The notes under the pieces are model-generated. The model saw nothing but the letters and a program-made list of their open reading frames with translations, did no database searches and was not told the DNA's origin. From an uncultured bacterium (lineage in GTDB: Bacteria > Patescibacteriota > Microgenomatia > UBA1400 > PJMF01), in NCBI GenBank assembly GCA_903959355.1, contig CAJBWJ010000025.1, forward strand, positions 1-62,864: a DNA stretch of 62,864 nt. Reading direction: 5' to 3'. Position numbers and translations under genes: made by a program. Numbering within the stretch: position 1 is the stretch's first letter; each line of letters starts with the position of its first letter. Shown in pieces: positions 36,401-41,197 of this stretch.

Positions 36401-39192
36401 ATGTTTTCTGAATAATCTGCCTTAAACTCTTCATTAGCTTTATTGGCATAATCCACAGGATCGATAAGAGTAATATCCTGATTGTCTGTATACATGCTTT
36501 GATTAATTGCAGCTTGATTCATTTGACCAGCTGCATACATCGCTCCAGCCTGAGTCATCACTGCTCCAATATCTTCTCCCCAATTTTTAAATGTTTTAGC
36601 AGTGTAATAGCCAGAAGTAGCAGGTTGATAACTGTAATCAAGTACACCCATATTGCTGGCTCCTGTTAGAGCTATATTAGAAATTCCAGTATCAGCTGGA
36701 CCGGTGTAATCTAAATATTTAAGGAGAATCTTCTTTCTTTTCTTACTGGTCGCATAGTTAGTAGCAATATTTTGTGCCACATCAACACCAGCTACTTGAG
36801 AACTTAATTGATTAAAAGTTAAGCCAGCAGTTTGACCAAAATTTAAACCCATTTCTTCTGGTGTAAATTCACGATTTATGATGTTGTCTGCCATCAAAGC
36901 ATTGCCATAAGACATGCCCCAGGTGTAATCGCTAAGCGCACCTCTATTTTCTGTAGCATAAGAAAAAGTTTGGGAAGCATTAAAAATCTTGCTTGCTTCA
37001 ACAGCTGTTGAATAAGAATCCATTGCCTGCTGCTGATTGTCCAAAGTAGCACTGAAGTTTTGAGCTACTGCTGAATCTTCACCCAAAAAAATAATAGCAC
37101 TAGCGCTGTCAGCTGTTTGAGCCATGGCAAAATTAGCAAAAGCTAAATCCCAGAAACTCTGAGTCTCTTGTGTTTTATTTTCAGCATAAATTTGATTTGA
37201 ATAGTTAACGGCTAGATCTGGAACATTAACTTTAGGATCGCCTTGATAAATTTGATCCAGCATTAAAGAAATTTTGTCGGTAGCATTTTTAGAATCAATA
37301 TTACAGTCTGGAACATTCAATTCCTTACAAACAGAAGTCAATGAACGCCCTCCATCTATCGCAAAATTAGAAACAGCTTCATTGAAACGATTTGGTAAAA
37401 CAATTTGACCGTAAAGTTCATTGCCTGCTTCTGAACCATAAATACTAGACAGCAGCAGTTTTGGATCATCTGGTACCCAAGTTCCATAGCTATTCGCTGA
37501 ATCACTATTTGAATAATAATTCTTCAAATAAGACACATCCTGTGTGTTGGCATAAAGACTTAAAGCAACTTGAGAATTATATTTAGCAATTTCTTTTTTC
37601 AGCCACTCTTCAGTCACACTTCCTTCTAGAGTTTTGCCAGTATAAAGAGTGTAAAGATTAGATAAATCATCATAAGAAGCAGCTTTTCCTTGATTATCAA
37701 TGTATTGACTTGTTAAATTTTTCTCCTCAGCAGCAGTTGTTCTAGCAGCGACAATTGTAGCTGCTTCCTGTTGAGCTTGAGTTGTAGAAGTGCCAGAGAA
37801 TTTAGAAAGAAGAAGGGCTAGAACCTGTGCTTCAGATAAATTTTTAAGCTGGTCAGCAGTGATAACTCCAGCAGTAATAGCAGCACTCTTCAAACCGTTA
37901 ATATCTGTGCTACTACCATTAACATAGTTTTGATACTCAGTATTTAATTTATTAAAATCTTCAGTTTGTTTGGTTGTTTGTGCTGGAGTTTGATCGGTGG
38001 TCTGACCTGCAGCTTGAGAAGGCTGAACAACTGGTGCAGCATATTTAGCACGATCAGCATTGAGTTGTGCTGGATCAATACCAAAAGCACCAAGAATTCC
38101 ATTTACATTACCGTACTTGGTGCTTGGATCATAGCCAAAAATTGCCTTAAATTGTTCTGTAGCAATTCTATTCAAATCGCTATCACTGCCAGCTACCACC
38201 AAAGTAGAATACATTTTGTTAACAGCAGCATTTAATGTCGTTTGCTGAGAAGTGGAATCATTAAGCTGATCTAGAACTTGATAGCGATTAGCTAAGTTAG
38301 GATCATTGATAATTTGCTTGTTAAAATCAAAAATTGCTTGCTCATTAGAATTAAGTGAGCCCTTACTAGTCAGAGCAGCATTCTCTGCTGCTGCTTGTTG
38401 CTGAAGAACAGAAGCGTTGGTTAAAGCTGATAAAATTGCCTGTGCTTTAAGAAGACCAGCATTAGCTGCATTAGGATCATAAAGTGAACCAGCAGTAAAA
38501 CTCACTCCATAAGTTTTTTGATAAAGATCTTCTAAGGCTTTTACATCACCATTTGTTTTGTATAGATCAACGGCAGTTTGCCAATCTTTGTAAGGAACTT
38601 CAATTTTTTCCAAATGAGCGTAACAATAATCACCAGCAGTATTAGTACAACCAGTGGCGCGGGGTGGAACAACCAGATAACCATTAACTGTTGCGCCATA
38701 AGCGTAACAAGTATTGCCTAGAGCTACACCTTGTCCATTACAATCTTTTCCTAGGTTTTCAGTAGAACCAACTACTTTAGAAACATTCTCGGCTCCAAAG
38801 CTAGTGCTTTCATAAACCTTCTTATCTTCAATATATGGATAATCATAACGACCTGAAGCCAAGATTATTTTCCCGCCAGCTAGCTCATCTCCAGGCATAT
38901 AACAAAAACTGTTCATCCACATACCACCACCACAGCCGCTCTGAGAACTAGGACGAGTTCCAGTGTAAGTGGTGCTAATAATTCCTTGGGTGTTTAGATT
39001 GCTGCTTGGAGCGGTGGTAACAGCAGGAAGCAAGCCATTGCAGTAAGGATTACTTACAGGACAGGTTCCACTAGCTTGTTGACGAGTATCTTGATTGCTT
39101 TTGAGTAGAATAAAACCAGCTGCGGTAGAGATACACAAAAAAAGAAATAACAACACAGAAAAGAGATAGCGTTTCTTCTTTTGAATCAGCAT
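15484..39192 (-). CDS. Giant 7902-aa multidomain membrane-anchored protein (SecA-like ATPase, metallophosphoesterase, 2x GHKL ATPase, 2x HExxH, serine beta-lactamase fold, NlpC/P60-like)
   Basis: Uninterrupted 23.7-kb ORF; N-terminal basic+TM segment; catalytic motifs given in the sub-features. Confidence 0.92.
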   Translation of the reverse strand: MLIQKKKRYLFSVLLFLFLCISTAAGFILLKSNQDTRQQASGTCPVSNPYCNGLLPAVTTAPSSNLNTQGIISTTYTGTRPSSQSGCGGGMWMNSFCYMPGDELAGGKIILASGRYDYPYIEDKKVYESTSFGAENVSKVVGSTENLGKDCNGQGVALGNTCYAYGATVNGYLVVPPRATGCTNTAGDYCYAHLEKIEVPYKDWQTAVDLYKTNGDVKALEDLYQKTYGVSFTAGSLYDPNAANAGLLKAQAILSALTNASVLQQQAAAENAALTSKGSLNSNEQAIFDFNKQIINDPNLANRYQVLDQLNDSTSQQTTLNAAVNKMYSTLVVAGSDSDLNRIATEQFKAIFGYDPSTKYGNVNGILGAFGIDPAQLNADRAKYAAPVVQPSQAAGQTTDQTPAQTTKQTEDFNKLNTEYQNYVNGSSTDINGLKSAAITAGVITADQLKNLSEAQVLALLLSKFSGTSTTQAQQEAATIVAARTTAAEEKNLTSQYIDNQGKAASYDDLSNLYTLYTGKTLEGSVTEEWLKKEIAKYNSQVALSLYANTQDVSYLKNYYSNSDSANSYGTWVPDDPKLLLSSIYGSEAGNELYGQIVLPNRFNEAVSNFAIDGGRSLTSVCKELNVPDCNIDSKNATDKISLMLDQIYQGDPKVNVPDLAVNYSNQIYAENKTQETQSFWDLAFANFAMAQTADSASAIIFLGEDSAVAQNFSATLDNQQQAMDSYSTAVEASKIFNASQTFSYATENRGALSDYTWGMSYGNALMADNIINREFTPEEMGLNFGQTAGLTFNQLSSQVAGVDVAQNIATNYATSKKRKKILLKYLDYTGPADTGISNIALTGASNMGVLDYSYQPATSGYYTAKTFKNWGEDIGAVMTQAGAMYAAGQMNQAAINQSMYTDNQDITLIDPVDYANKANEEFKADYSENMKNDLYSNYIANANKAGINQVDQATYEQFLTDPEIQRSSQQLDFERLSKVVAPVVAAPVLTAMLISGVGAPAVLGIASSAFSLYQGAGMKAQALEIQRIDIESRENAVVQSYIENGADEVTIEKVKTDLSAQVDALNQQGNMMLANSAVAAMTSVGGLLTSAAGAVNAGATANVLATSGQVLTKAGQVSGIAMNSYNAVNSGISSYNSFQEGNIGGGIMSGISSFVAASGVAGNTFGLLGPTSYTNKIDYVLDAMNVPAGAAVDAQQVAQACYGSSGAFSEKDCTNAWIGLALSAGQNVSQIASSRKSYLADTAAAKAGIETAHVVDIQKQIDAIDAEVLALNGPNKGMREGLQINDLQAQRSNLVAQAEGINPNFRIAGNDNSTENYMASSVRVASDLETQLKDSAEAGKAAEAKYAADVEAARIAGKAEVANYLDQAEVARKTAQTEKEAYLAGQIEIFKEGPNAIAAVRDQITAIDEQITKRGVLLPESEVADLQQKRTALVADLENLTKSLSAVDSLKTQNEALLSVAKKNEAFSEYENLLKNDVEKASLVKQYAPDNEQVTKYQTDLEANATKVKLETDETKRLASIAALQDSLAKVTALESQKQALLIGLGVDSSDQVGRKIDGLSAEINRLNNQGVLNEADTARVVDLETQRNDLQVEMVKFDAIDAEIGGIRQIADAVSADSRPIWKKITDFFSPGKSTREAYYKSLDLTREAETLRAKLAGVGADSADAKAFREQLADANRQLRDQQYLLAQAAANPSKGMRQTITDFVSGIKTRGQIADLKDAAKKMGESNLNIAEAIVAKQAEIERLKTEDATANQVEITRLEGEVTELLKTARNPLKGNGAVIAVDKSGDFTKYVVTDAGLAAGIKQKQLDILNTELQAFETFRRSSETQADVKKNGGPFKIYSGTDTFKDQDVFLLAEVEAFGAGRRGTVFGALPGMGKTDVVMPFNILLKQRLTGQPQFVVFPEAKLAKPWTTGGENPIPNKAFIDYVESQFGKGSVVIIKANDTSVDPIAIANAKFVITTKDVAFDLQNTDTKLGLNLRSKWRNSFVHADEVDWTFNPNENYKLSGTQIALRDKAEFGLYADAQKQVLGIDENGNLLPGRGLNTLNDLISKLSNSKSVPEGIARTSDGKGGKFASPELEKQVLGEWLGTWGGQSKIPGLDMSADTKTIRQQINDYLTRGTDADVHQRRAEMAMINETVNFLSRVPGEDYGPTSNKKTVGGVEEVVSSIAPREQGRTSGRSYSAVAESLLYNSLGARIMGANGQVDINKITVGEGGSEINYALLMLESRGFSLYTGTPETVAKLYKMAYGIELNVFTDSAVDSSIARFNAPPAGTNSRVFTNLQDQMTARLADGRNQVFINMASGLRSNEAALANLVKTITDTGAPYQKILLVGANGELIEYQISGGALLRTGEFASTEAMNARTADLDKTSERYVKFYEYGAHVGVDTANNVSLSRAIGLCNGCDQTTFSQGINRVRVQVTKNSTGAYEVKHAPIDIVWLDAPSVLRDPSIENFTADMSRLQTINEALAEVSFKETLLKNSVDGTFAELIDLARNGKDGFLGFGSYKTNLDIVSQLEAAQQKWKETTGMNYMLGSDDMTAQAKLEKTASQVGAAYAELTRLLANSGEPAKLLAKRADGAIGNNPVKLAFSGDEGYQVLGENPSYRQIVDLINQSSKHLESVNIAFTNKSSAPEVVGNEMARAASEAQINSKTSTDGNIDGGAAPVRPGSDGPDANGGGAGLVRPAGDTTTNNGTNNTRNTTTNNNSSNQSSQNNSSRNIGFATFASNLWNGAVDEEKLLAENAAAVEDNKTAIAAGYQAQIEKLIEQLGAATEPAEKDAIDQQIKNLKAAQADQTAIDAAAKAKTTEQLADNYRTDGIKSFFVNSERGGTFTVSAASLANLPVAWSDSFNEQAFMTDNKAEIDNTALQIKADALLEKAAEMQAVADEINKLNQELQKTKANKKQQELLAAMEALAKQVDVIQAENESINQKDFTAEAIPVVKEKYADDVKYVQIGLSTHLSNLRSGVSRLLASIPERAGGLNVSADRALKAWNEAKALLENKKENLAPVADAGTQSVPEIQNNKTSSVSLSERIKQLSDRAKQLWQKTAGFRQAVSSLASKLKTVPTNRIAILSPEEKTQLDTLAKDYGDINAEVKYLNSQISDAKAILKDLEQKIKLSGEINQELENIKNNTTQLQAKLKELQGQRDEFLIRSKEISNQATALSGQIKPAFTKEQQAAAAQKIRDKVVVELDKNINQSLRTLALSLSRENNKDLAAVRMQITQTIKGEFARYKLQPALSYVVGEFSYLPEFKNDPEGADGYIRDILGTVTEDFFVARHTATNRLQISLQEDEVTRRDIITIGDVHGDWKALVGLLSGSSTNESGERISKPLLDSNEKWIGGPTDYLVLTGDLFDRAPAGVSAAETAERIMNLQKQAGNFADGTPRVKVLIGNHDINAIFAYWRMKDILANRPNVDKNTAAEAGSFTGMNPGITPEEVIYLFDHPDLANWVMNLDAMTIDDGVLRFHSDTTAYTAYGKTVQDVNNRIRSIMSNQSGLKDLELLLHDLTKREGFDLAGDVSYFLETYNAEHLVHGHSETAVPKDSRVTNVDGALSGSYDSKYGKGKSRGRTFTQTVPGIEKLNVAIAAGLPKQQLGVILARPLSDVLIEANEQSESSRQKLSQLRSEFENISAQLGQINKQIEKNNLDTDAAANSGSKLQDQLSVLNVANLLSAQANTNQTITGLEDGLLQSTALLQKAKALLDAQREVSNFLNSFRQAGIQVKPFLLGNEALSDVSVLSQKLLDLVLEAFNQHKFTRNAFILNISKITPNFVSLNGLLSIADRTIDLSAKIQAALDDASKLLEETNRKKELIGKINPIMEELKAKGAILEYDLAAMTADELEKALVDLQQMNESYVNENDQINNSPEDGIALSALRDKAVQIGAESSLVNSWKTEIDANQWLNDQQRKFTKISELFKSLGIDVNIVTVGDYEKQLDILSNLIIEIDALEKSSGLDYVFFQGSTEDILGMIIINQDSASFKDVNDFKSKASNAVKSNTKLIDFVKKYDPVFSKLRQPGMIGSLSLREINEALRTVDRATKFFQNSKLENKKWWTEIKDFAKQLTDVKANLTSLRSELKQLAQSYLTTTKKKFNYNLDAGEISLREQIQQIKSLINTDETSSSNQGVDYNLFLVAQNNLALKNLTKQQILDLAKATNLPLNTYSETKLYEDIYGILLDSSYRKDIVQIIAGVEEVVPGSDLDPRVSVEINQQSGSSMEQSIYEAVANSIDAIPGIGNSIGKFGKGIKQILAWLDTNGQDNVEVLTTSAGSESVLYLRVSKNESGYNISLKKLSKDDAKRDFAFDLDHGTKIKLSVKDDIAKLNSELNDVKTISQEKIVGGVRNKYSFVPGLKIFTSFGGDDYKLINGYNKKRSIIPYSKGGIVNDPKDNVVYVKANSNSIEIIDNGTGMNEALLSRMFVPKQGSKVTEPLNEQQIEQEKTKLGLIFEELGNDEEKRIIFSRNREGIVSFVLPSNKVEGSLVSGNLLLELANLVEVPESRDSLIINSKSESGKMSNFEVAIDDMVDRIVSNSELQSLEKIKYINTIIAGIEFLEGGNPSYKKTINSIKGATKDKIKDILVSLRKDGYLIFTDEASFSSIAIDRNKTVFLNKDVFDWNESYYLKNYLGAKIVSNITVGGASKLPLVFVDFDDNATSLARAFNGAWHLNTAIDRLPVIKNGSMVVLPKNVYAFARFIELNDLRSQRELNTEEQQEFLDLAERIDIITADQVVTDYEIGSVEQNLRIEDVEIITKDELNVKVDEGNIDSDIVNKFLANDFSSSFVNPSTNTNYKKTLQPFTGAPTGEILVDQNGGVLDVKSGALILESGAEAGVYSYNSRGSNYYTKTAYDQNEFSTLQFSNEYTLLLKEEIEFTSSSFLKSKQKNAIIIENGKKHFYSFYLNKTIGYGGYSIGFDDIVSGPNGLFYFGIINGQIVEVFFPQMIDDPRFLTSEFDTFKENLIESLNKNDFKVWFTINDPPGPYSIDKFRGAEIRLDFPKGRALFDAGGNFVFTADPTAFIAPTLNESNLKDQGFIEIENDKLSSYIYRTVTNENQKKDIQMINFSKSASLSHLDDAYGVPRIISYGTAGVNITLNYGGKVTSRIVSKATMDPEGRFLFVGESPNMEIFDLRNGYSELVSIDPKFTKGDITVVSDGDAIVIKSNIYGTNQTSFVLLKDKNNKQVVITFHGEINQTQLGRIIDDLKSGADTKESLETKGLTEFNQINGVNKADILNKIIGENQENRDRYIQEFRNIYMPILNSVPEEHRQEFISSIKQMYVEQEEYLKSQVLSYATNGSEIDLSNGPIDMAIKNANKIPNMQAFLEDFNKRYGSLEPYDKSYAYQHLSLSLFSFMKADHTILDIKTSDLSLSAYITPFLRQKSIDMNRACRPLIEALENEGYGYTQILHISAFFDEIAGREWSDPKIVSQQIAKIMALRSGERKKFFDLIVGSFKSNIRLLDIYLRRYSKEDIDNIPADLRSIFIFLSRDVDQLRLDDREQATGRDINLPEEGLQVSQIIKMNQAKGSLSQPVNNLEELVTGFATNVPKIDENLESEVLKNIAVQREGDAHTAEITQNAKDATRGRAGKLVVDFYLRVRNGIREYVEEAYDNGTGALDEIALLIPKSTKSIGQQIDLAGFFGTGKYTIFEGVDKVEIVSVNEDRAYQFFFEVKKNDAGNPEKLVLVGFKDLAGENLPTGVTVRRIKYAENTIPEFEAISSRQSWKMFAGMSQNDNFKIYIKAADGKEEELIVEGKKLLADVDLNLFDKDTKTVVNKGKIQIYETKDMPLQIIDRNGLRVKEIKDEYLKLIPKDLRKYVSDLHLNIQIPLPLIRNRGSFENESYYLPQIQKYLAIAFFKALAQKAITQTNPQFVFTSLPLDWYSSPNYSYAFDLGKDVELIGIIKKINDGKIDELSTEELQSLINQEEMDWKNGILKLILNLNVTTDDSKKTTSMLLKRLQVQAEIAKKSNELGTKSRVSKEMEMAKELGIEVEQVSEQPLSEVDTARVAQAASMVNAYVGMDSFFKDPEKYVAKDLTASEEFARKKILEIAKTFGIEEVAFVEGVDGFAGAFSGYDNSNASSTKKTFYLQRSLAGNYTRVSVHELAHYLEKLVSNPEFDGVTNQFYVPDAGVFTHSSVGTFAEAMKYVSAKSLLNYDPTSLGSRLFEFKLALQRINGVDSLLVQSLIKSINLLDVNKLNDAITYLESLFQGQSLNTAPANLLDEAGSYLNSLCSDCDLVREQTKAGVELADSLLAEADVFSKQAVAARTAGNQKQAVDFDKQAAAKKQAAIKQLDDIRSQVIYDHGWENQCVQLYLNAWVGAREALIRQTLADTNSAIKSVYEATQFIRQTLADGFMITKAVGLPGLTTPVQNIPLDAQAKTDFEEMTQKLKKWAEFKEDAGNLTEELVAGELKTLKDVQLQKSSQEYIGDSLRIGIREIVRQMRTNFISDKQQEQLELALTEIQPVIAAFEVEGSIGSVSLSELNRNLARVVDGLDYLMTSDFNQDNILEKINAFADTLQKRSDYMSKLRTNAETLISEYITLTGQPYTFDSSSASAAKLIMQADKLTSLIEAKKQEISGVAPVAIAPVADKKEFKPAETLKSLGNGLNNFRKSLGRNAAAAAVGFGTFGTGLYLWAKKAAAKRFASKINLPKLNIRKPRNIVAAVLSAMVVASIVYFSVVPQGTKVNPVDNKPAIVQTVEAPQAQAPVEQAPVVEAPAVVAQPPVVEKAPTVVAPPAVNAIPTQQSSLSDQEIKAIEQEITGILEEAPGEWGAYIHKIGSTEAGYSYQENKSFHAASTIKVPVAMAVMRYFESQNISLEQALQIAPKGQDRIIAQLMKAMLIQSEEEATSILVDFVNASTQKDMSAYFEEIGINGILYYTEDVDGYARSASAESMAIILENLYANKSGLSKTSTDYILNLMKTYSKDDDFRIGAGLTAEIKAKMAHKTGTVLEDDIFTASDVAIVTLPNGDAYTIVIYNALDNKTQYNVTPGIITEISKLAFKIYSPTVVSQSDSQGDISTVSKVNGSLSTAAPDSLTASFFNSSKTNKVLDAENIPELTFVNSNNQKVGFYFAEYSQSINSKDLSAYQSAFEKVAPFYSYLQTDQIRLEKMEPGTIDGGESYYGISGSEILSNGQWLGSIKFTSDYETKSHLQKILSNIGLSDKASIAALIHEIGHIIKYEKDANGNYVKSRLLTSFDNNFYGSTKGSTELPPTDYAKAYYSYKDAGGDQHDRAVTEDLADVIALYSVAPEYLKQVAPLRYEFIDAIAHGTNPGSFQGEMSNADSLAFNDLCSDCAQVREATKNGVQISDNLMAEANALNEQALIAETAGDQTKAADLAKQAEAKKKAAIKQLGDTRNQVVNAHGMQNQCVQLYLNAWINTREAMIRKTRADVDSAIDSVYRATILAEEMLNSKKMSIREGGIFGFGSTVKYKDLTSDEVEDVADLLFGNVSKDIEGLQSWAFFKEGKDGKFERIIISGSLLELQNTVISSGISSIRVFLRDFAISTRQRIFFDELVEKISSLTKDSKKIEEKVDVSPSVSPSVSVAIDPSVSPSPSVSLSPSAVTPSPSVAPSTENDDLISGFWKKILLGIGGLSIGLGVFLTIYSQTINAQLETVSNQTSPTQIVETISPTLTASPSPSPSPSVSLSPSPSPSPSVSLSPSPSPSPTSIAAQPPVEVKTVILNTALPDEYVVEDPYAKYKYMPDGTLMLIDRDEWNPIDTSIFPEYATNRNVNDYLKTLQLFNVDESLRYRRASDTTFCNIYVSDVTSALGVYIPRWKNGEKMTATTTLEWLEEPLAQDLGWQSTSALKAQEMANQGIPTIAITRGHIAMVAPGTGQTNEQSGVFYPSSAQAGRLNFDSESPIEDNSVEIGFAGAISNGQEIEYFYNSSQYELVQPVENQ
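15500..16050 (-). other. Domain of giant protein: papain-fold Cys-His amidase/peptidase (NlpC/P60/CHAP-like)
   Basis: TFCNIYVSDVT (Cys ~15911), GW, GHIAMVAPG (His ~15707), AQAG. Confidence 0.7.
16188..16284. repeat. 36-bp tandem repeat (~2.7 copies) encoding Ser/Pro linker SPSPSPSVSLSP
   Basis: gacggtgacaaagaaacacttggagacggagatggc at 16205 and 16241 plus partial flanking copies. Confidence 0.9.
16795..17335 (-). repeat. Copy 2 of duplicated Cys module in giant protein
   Basis: LCSDCAQVRE...AKKKAAIKQL...NQCVQLYLNAW...SVY...WAFFKE. Confidence 0.85.
17390..17900 (-). other. Domain of giant protein: zincin metallopeptidase motif 2
   Basis: LIHEIGHI (17665-17679), PTDYA, EDLAD, PLRYEFI. Confidence 0.7.
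18185..18950 (-). other. Domain of giant protein: serine beta-lactamase class A-like / PBP fold
   Basis: FHAASTIKVP (SxxK ~18800), QSEEEA at SDN position, AHKTGT (~18350), SDVAIV. Confidence 0.85.
20005..20520 (-). repeat. Copy 1 of duplicated Cys module in giant protein
   Basis: LCSDCDLVRE...AKKQAAIKQL...NQCVQLYLNAW...SVY...WAEFKE. Confidence 0.85.
20750..21100 (-). other. Domain of giant protein: HExxH metallopeptidase motif 1
   Basis: VSVHELAHYLE (20881-20895) followed by FTHS...F. Confidence 0.65.
21950..22550 (-). other. Domain of giant protein: GHKL ATPase 2 (canonical motif order)
   Basis: EITQNAKDA, YDNGTG, PKSTK, GFFGTGKY, TGVTV. Confidence 0.8.
25880..26600 (-). other. Domain of giant protein: GHKL ATPase 1 (permuted motif order)
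   Basis: EAVANSIDA then IGKFGKG, HGTKIKL, and only later IIDNGTGM...PKQGSK. Confidence 0.7.
28460..29290 (-). other. Domain of giant protein: calcineurin-like metallophosphoesterase
   Basis: IGDVHGD, TGDLFDR, IGNHD, FH, VHGHS: complete motif set. Confidence 0.9.
31500..33700 (-). other. Domain of giant protein: SecA-like SF2 ATPase
   Basis: LPGMGKT (Walker A ~33550), HADEVD (~33205), GRSYS, LYTGT, GAHVGVD, FSQGINRVR. Confidence 0.7.
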
Positions 39193-39307
39193 TTTATGGT
39201 CGGAAAATAGCTTTTTTACACTATTTTCACTTACTCCAATTTACACTAAAAAGCATCTGGTAGAAAGGACCAAAAGAAGAGAATTTTGAGTAAAAAAAGC
39301 GAACAAT

Positions 39308-41125
39308 TTAATCGTGGCTTTTTGGGTCAAAAGAAGTAGCTAAAAAGTAGCTCCAAACCCCCGCCAAAACAAAGAATAAACCGCCCAAAAGTAGTGCAAC
39401 TGTCGTGCCCACTGAACCAGAATTGTATTGACCGCTATTAGTGGCCACAATTGCTGATCTCGTACTAACAACGGCTGCAGAAGGAGATGCTGTTGGAGTT
39501 GCAGAAATAGTTGGAGCAAAAGGATTGCCAGAACCATAAGGAATACTTGGCACTGGAGTTGGTGATTTAGTGACCGTTGGGCTTGGAGTCTTAGAAGGAG
39601 TCTTTAGATCTGCAGCAGCAGCAATCTGTCTAGGCGCTTTCGGATCAACCGTAAAATTATAAGTTTTCGTAACTTCTTTACCAGATACAGGGTCAATGTA
39701 TGTATAACTAGCAGTGTGTTCACCAGGTTCAAGATTTTTACCAAGACTGGCCACATCTAGCACCATGTTACCATTCGCATCTGTTTGCACTGTTTCATCG
39801 ATCGCAGTGTCAGAATGAATAACCACTCTAATCATAGTATTAGCTGGCAAAGTGGCCTTAATTTGAGGTTGTGAAGTTTGAATTGTAGTAGCCGAAGCTT
39901 CTTTAGTTTCATCGAGTGCACTTAAATTTAAAATTTCTGGAGGAGCGGTGGTTGGAGCAACTGTTGGTATAGCTGCCACAGCAGTCGAAGTAGAATCATT
40001 GACAGTTGAATCTTTCAAAGAATCAGTAGAAGCGCTCGCTTCTGCAGTTAGATTGCCACCTTCACTAGCATCGCTGCTTTCAGTAGACTCCATCAAATCA
40101 GCAGACGAAGATGTTGTCATGTCTGCTAATAATTCAGCTTTATCAACTGCTGGCAAATCATCAACTGAGGCTGAAGCACTAGCAGCCGAATCATATTTAT
40201 CCAAGATTAAATTAATCACTGGCTGAGCAGTTGCGACAGTTGTTTGCAAATTGTTAGTTAGATCGAGTTCAATTCCTTGAGCTTTAATGTCAAGCATGCT
40301 TCCGTCAGTCATCGTCGCATAATTACTTTTTTCCGTATTAAAGGCGTTAGCCAAAGAAATTCCCCAACTACCAGATGATTTGACCAAACTGGAAAGAGCT
40401 CCAATTCCATCACTGTTAACATAAACTATTGCTCCTTCTGCTGGAGTCCCATCATTTTTGAGAATAGTTCCATAAATAGTTTGATTGTTGCTAGGAGATT
40501 GACTTGGTTTCGCAGCAGTTGTCAAATTATATGGCTGTCCTTCATTGTCAAAAGAACTGGAGCCAGTGCCCAAAACATAAAAGTAATTTTTTCCAGGATC
40601 AAGATTTCTGACAGTAACGTAATGCAAACGATAATCTTTTACCACTCCAGAGAGCTGGTCACGATCGTCACTCGCTTGTTTATCTAATGTTTTGTCATCT
40701 GTGCCATATTTGACAAAAGCAATGGTGCTCTCATCAGTGTAAAAAGAGATGGTAAAAGTTTTGTCAGTGACATTGCTAATACGAATATTTTTTGGAGTAG
40801 TTTCTGGAGTAGCGCGAGGAGCAAAAACGCCAGTACCTTGACCAAAAAGCAATACTCCTGAGATTAAAGCTACAAATAGAATCAACAAACCAAGTATTGT
40901 AGGAATCTGCTTTTTTGAGCCACGCTTATTCTTACCAAACTTCATTTTGATGTTTTTTTCACTAAAATTAGCTGATTCAGCAATTGGCTTTGTAGCTTCT
41001 TTTGTAAGTGGGGGTGGTGAAACTTGAGTTTGAGCAACCACTGGAACATTATTTAAAGCAGATGGCATCGGCACATTGCTTGAAGGAGTTGGCTTGCTAG
41101 TTTGTATGTTTGATTGCACCTGCAT
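39308..41125 (-). CDS. Surface protein with FN3/purple-acid-phosphatase-N-like domain, Ig-like domain, N- and C-terminal TM
   Basis: PKNIRISNVTDKTFTISF...VKYG...HYVTVRNLDPGKNYFY; Ser/Thr/Pro linkers; C-terminal hydrophobic anchor. Confidence 0.75.
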   Translation of the reverse strand: MQVQSNIQTSKPTPSSNVPMPSALNNVPVVAQTQVSPPPLTKEATKPIAESANFSEKNIKMKFGKNKRGSKKQIPTILGLLILFVALISGVLLFGQGTGVFAPRATPETTPKNIRISNVTDKTFTISFYTDESTIAFVKYGTDDKTLDKQASDDRDQLSGVVKDYRLHYVTVRNLDPGKNYFYVLGTGSSSFDNEGQPYNLTTAAKPSQSPSNNQTIYGTILKNDGTPAEGAIVYVNSDGIGALSSLVKSSGSWGISLANAFNTEKSNYATMTDGSMLDIKAQGIELDLTNNLQTTVATAQPVINLILDKYDSAASASASVDDLPAVDKAELLADMTTSSSADLMESTESSDASEGGNLTAEASASTDSLKDSTVNDSTSTAVAAIPTVAPTTAPPEILNLSALDETKEASATTIQTSQPQIKATLPANTMIRVVIHSDTAIDETVQTDANGNMVLDVASLGKNLEPGEHTASYTYIDPVSGKEVTKTYNFTVDPKAPRQIAAAADLKTPSKTPSPTVTKSPTPVPSIPYGSGNPFAPTISATPTASPSAAVVSTRSAIVATNSGQYNSGSVGTTVALLLGGLFFVLAGVWSYFLATSFDPKSHD

Positions 41126-41197
41126 AAAACGAATCGAGACAAAAATGTCCTTACATTAAATTTACATGATTCAGAGCCAAGCAACAAGTATTAGACT

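Noticed and set aside
36715..36750. KKRKK NLS-like stretch in the giant protein
   Set aside because: A single short basic run from an A-rich tract; could be chance or a locally compensated frameshift; nothing else supports it
15474..38235. Short antisense or alternate-frame ORFs within the giant gene
   Set aside because: Shadow ORFs with no recognisable motifs
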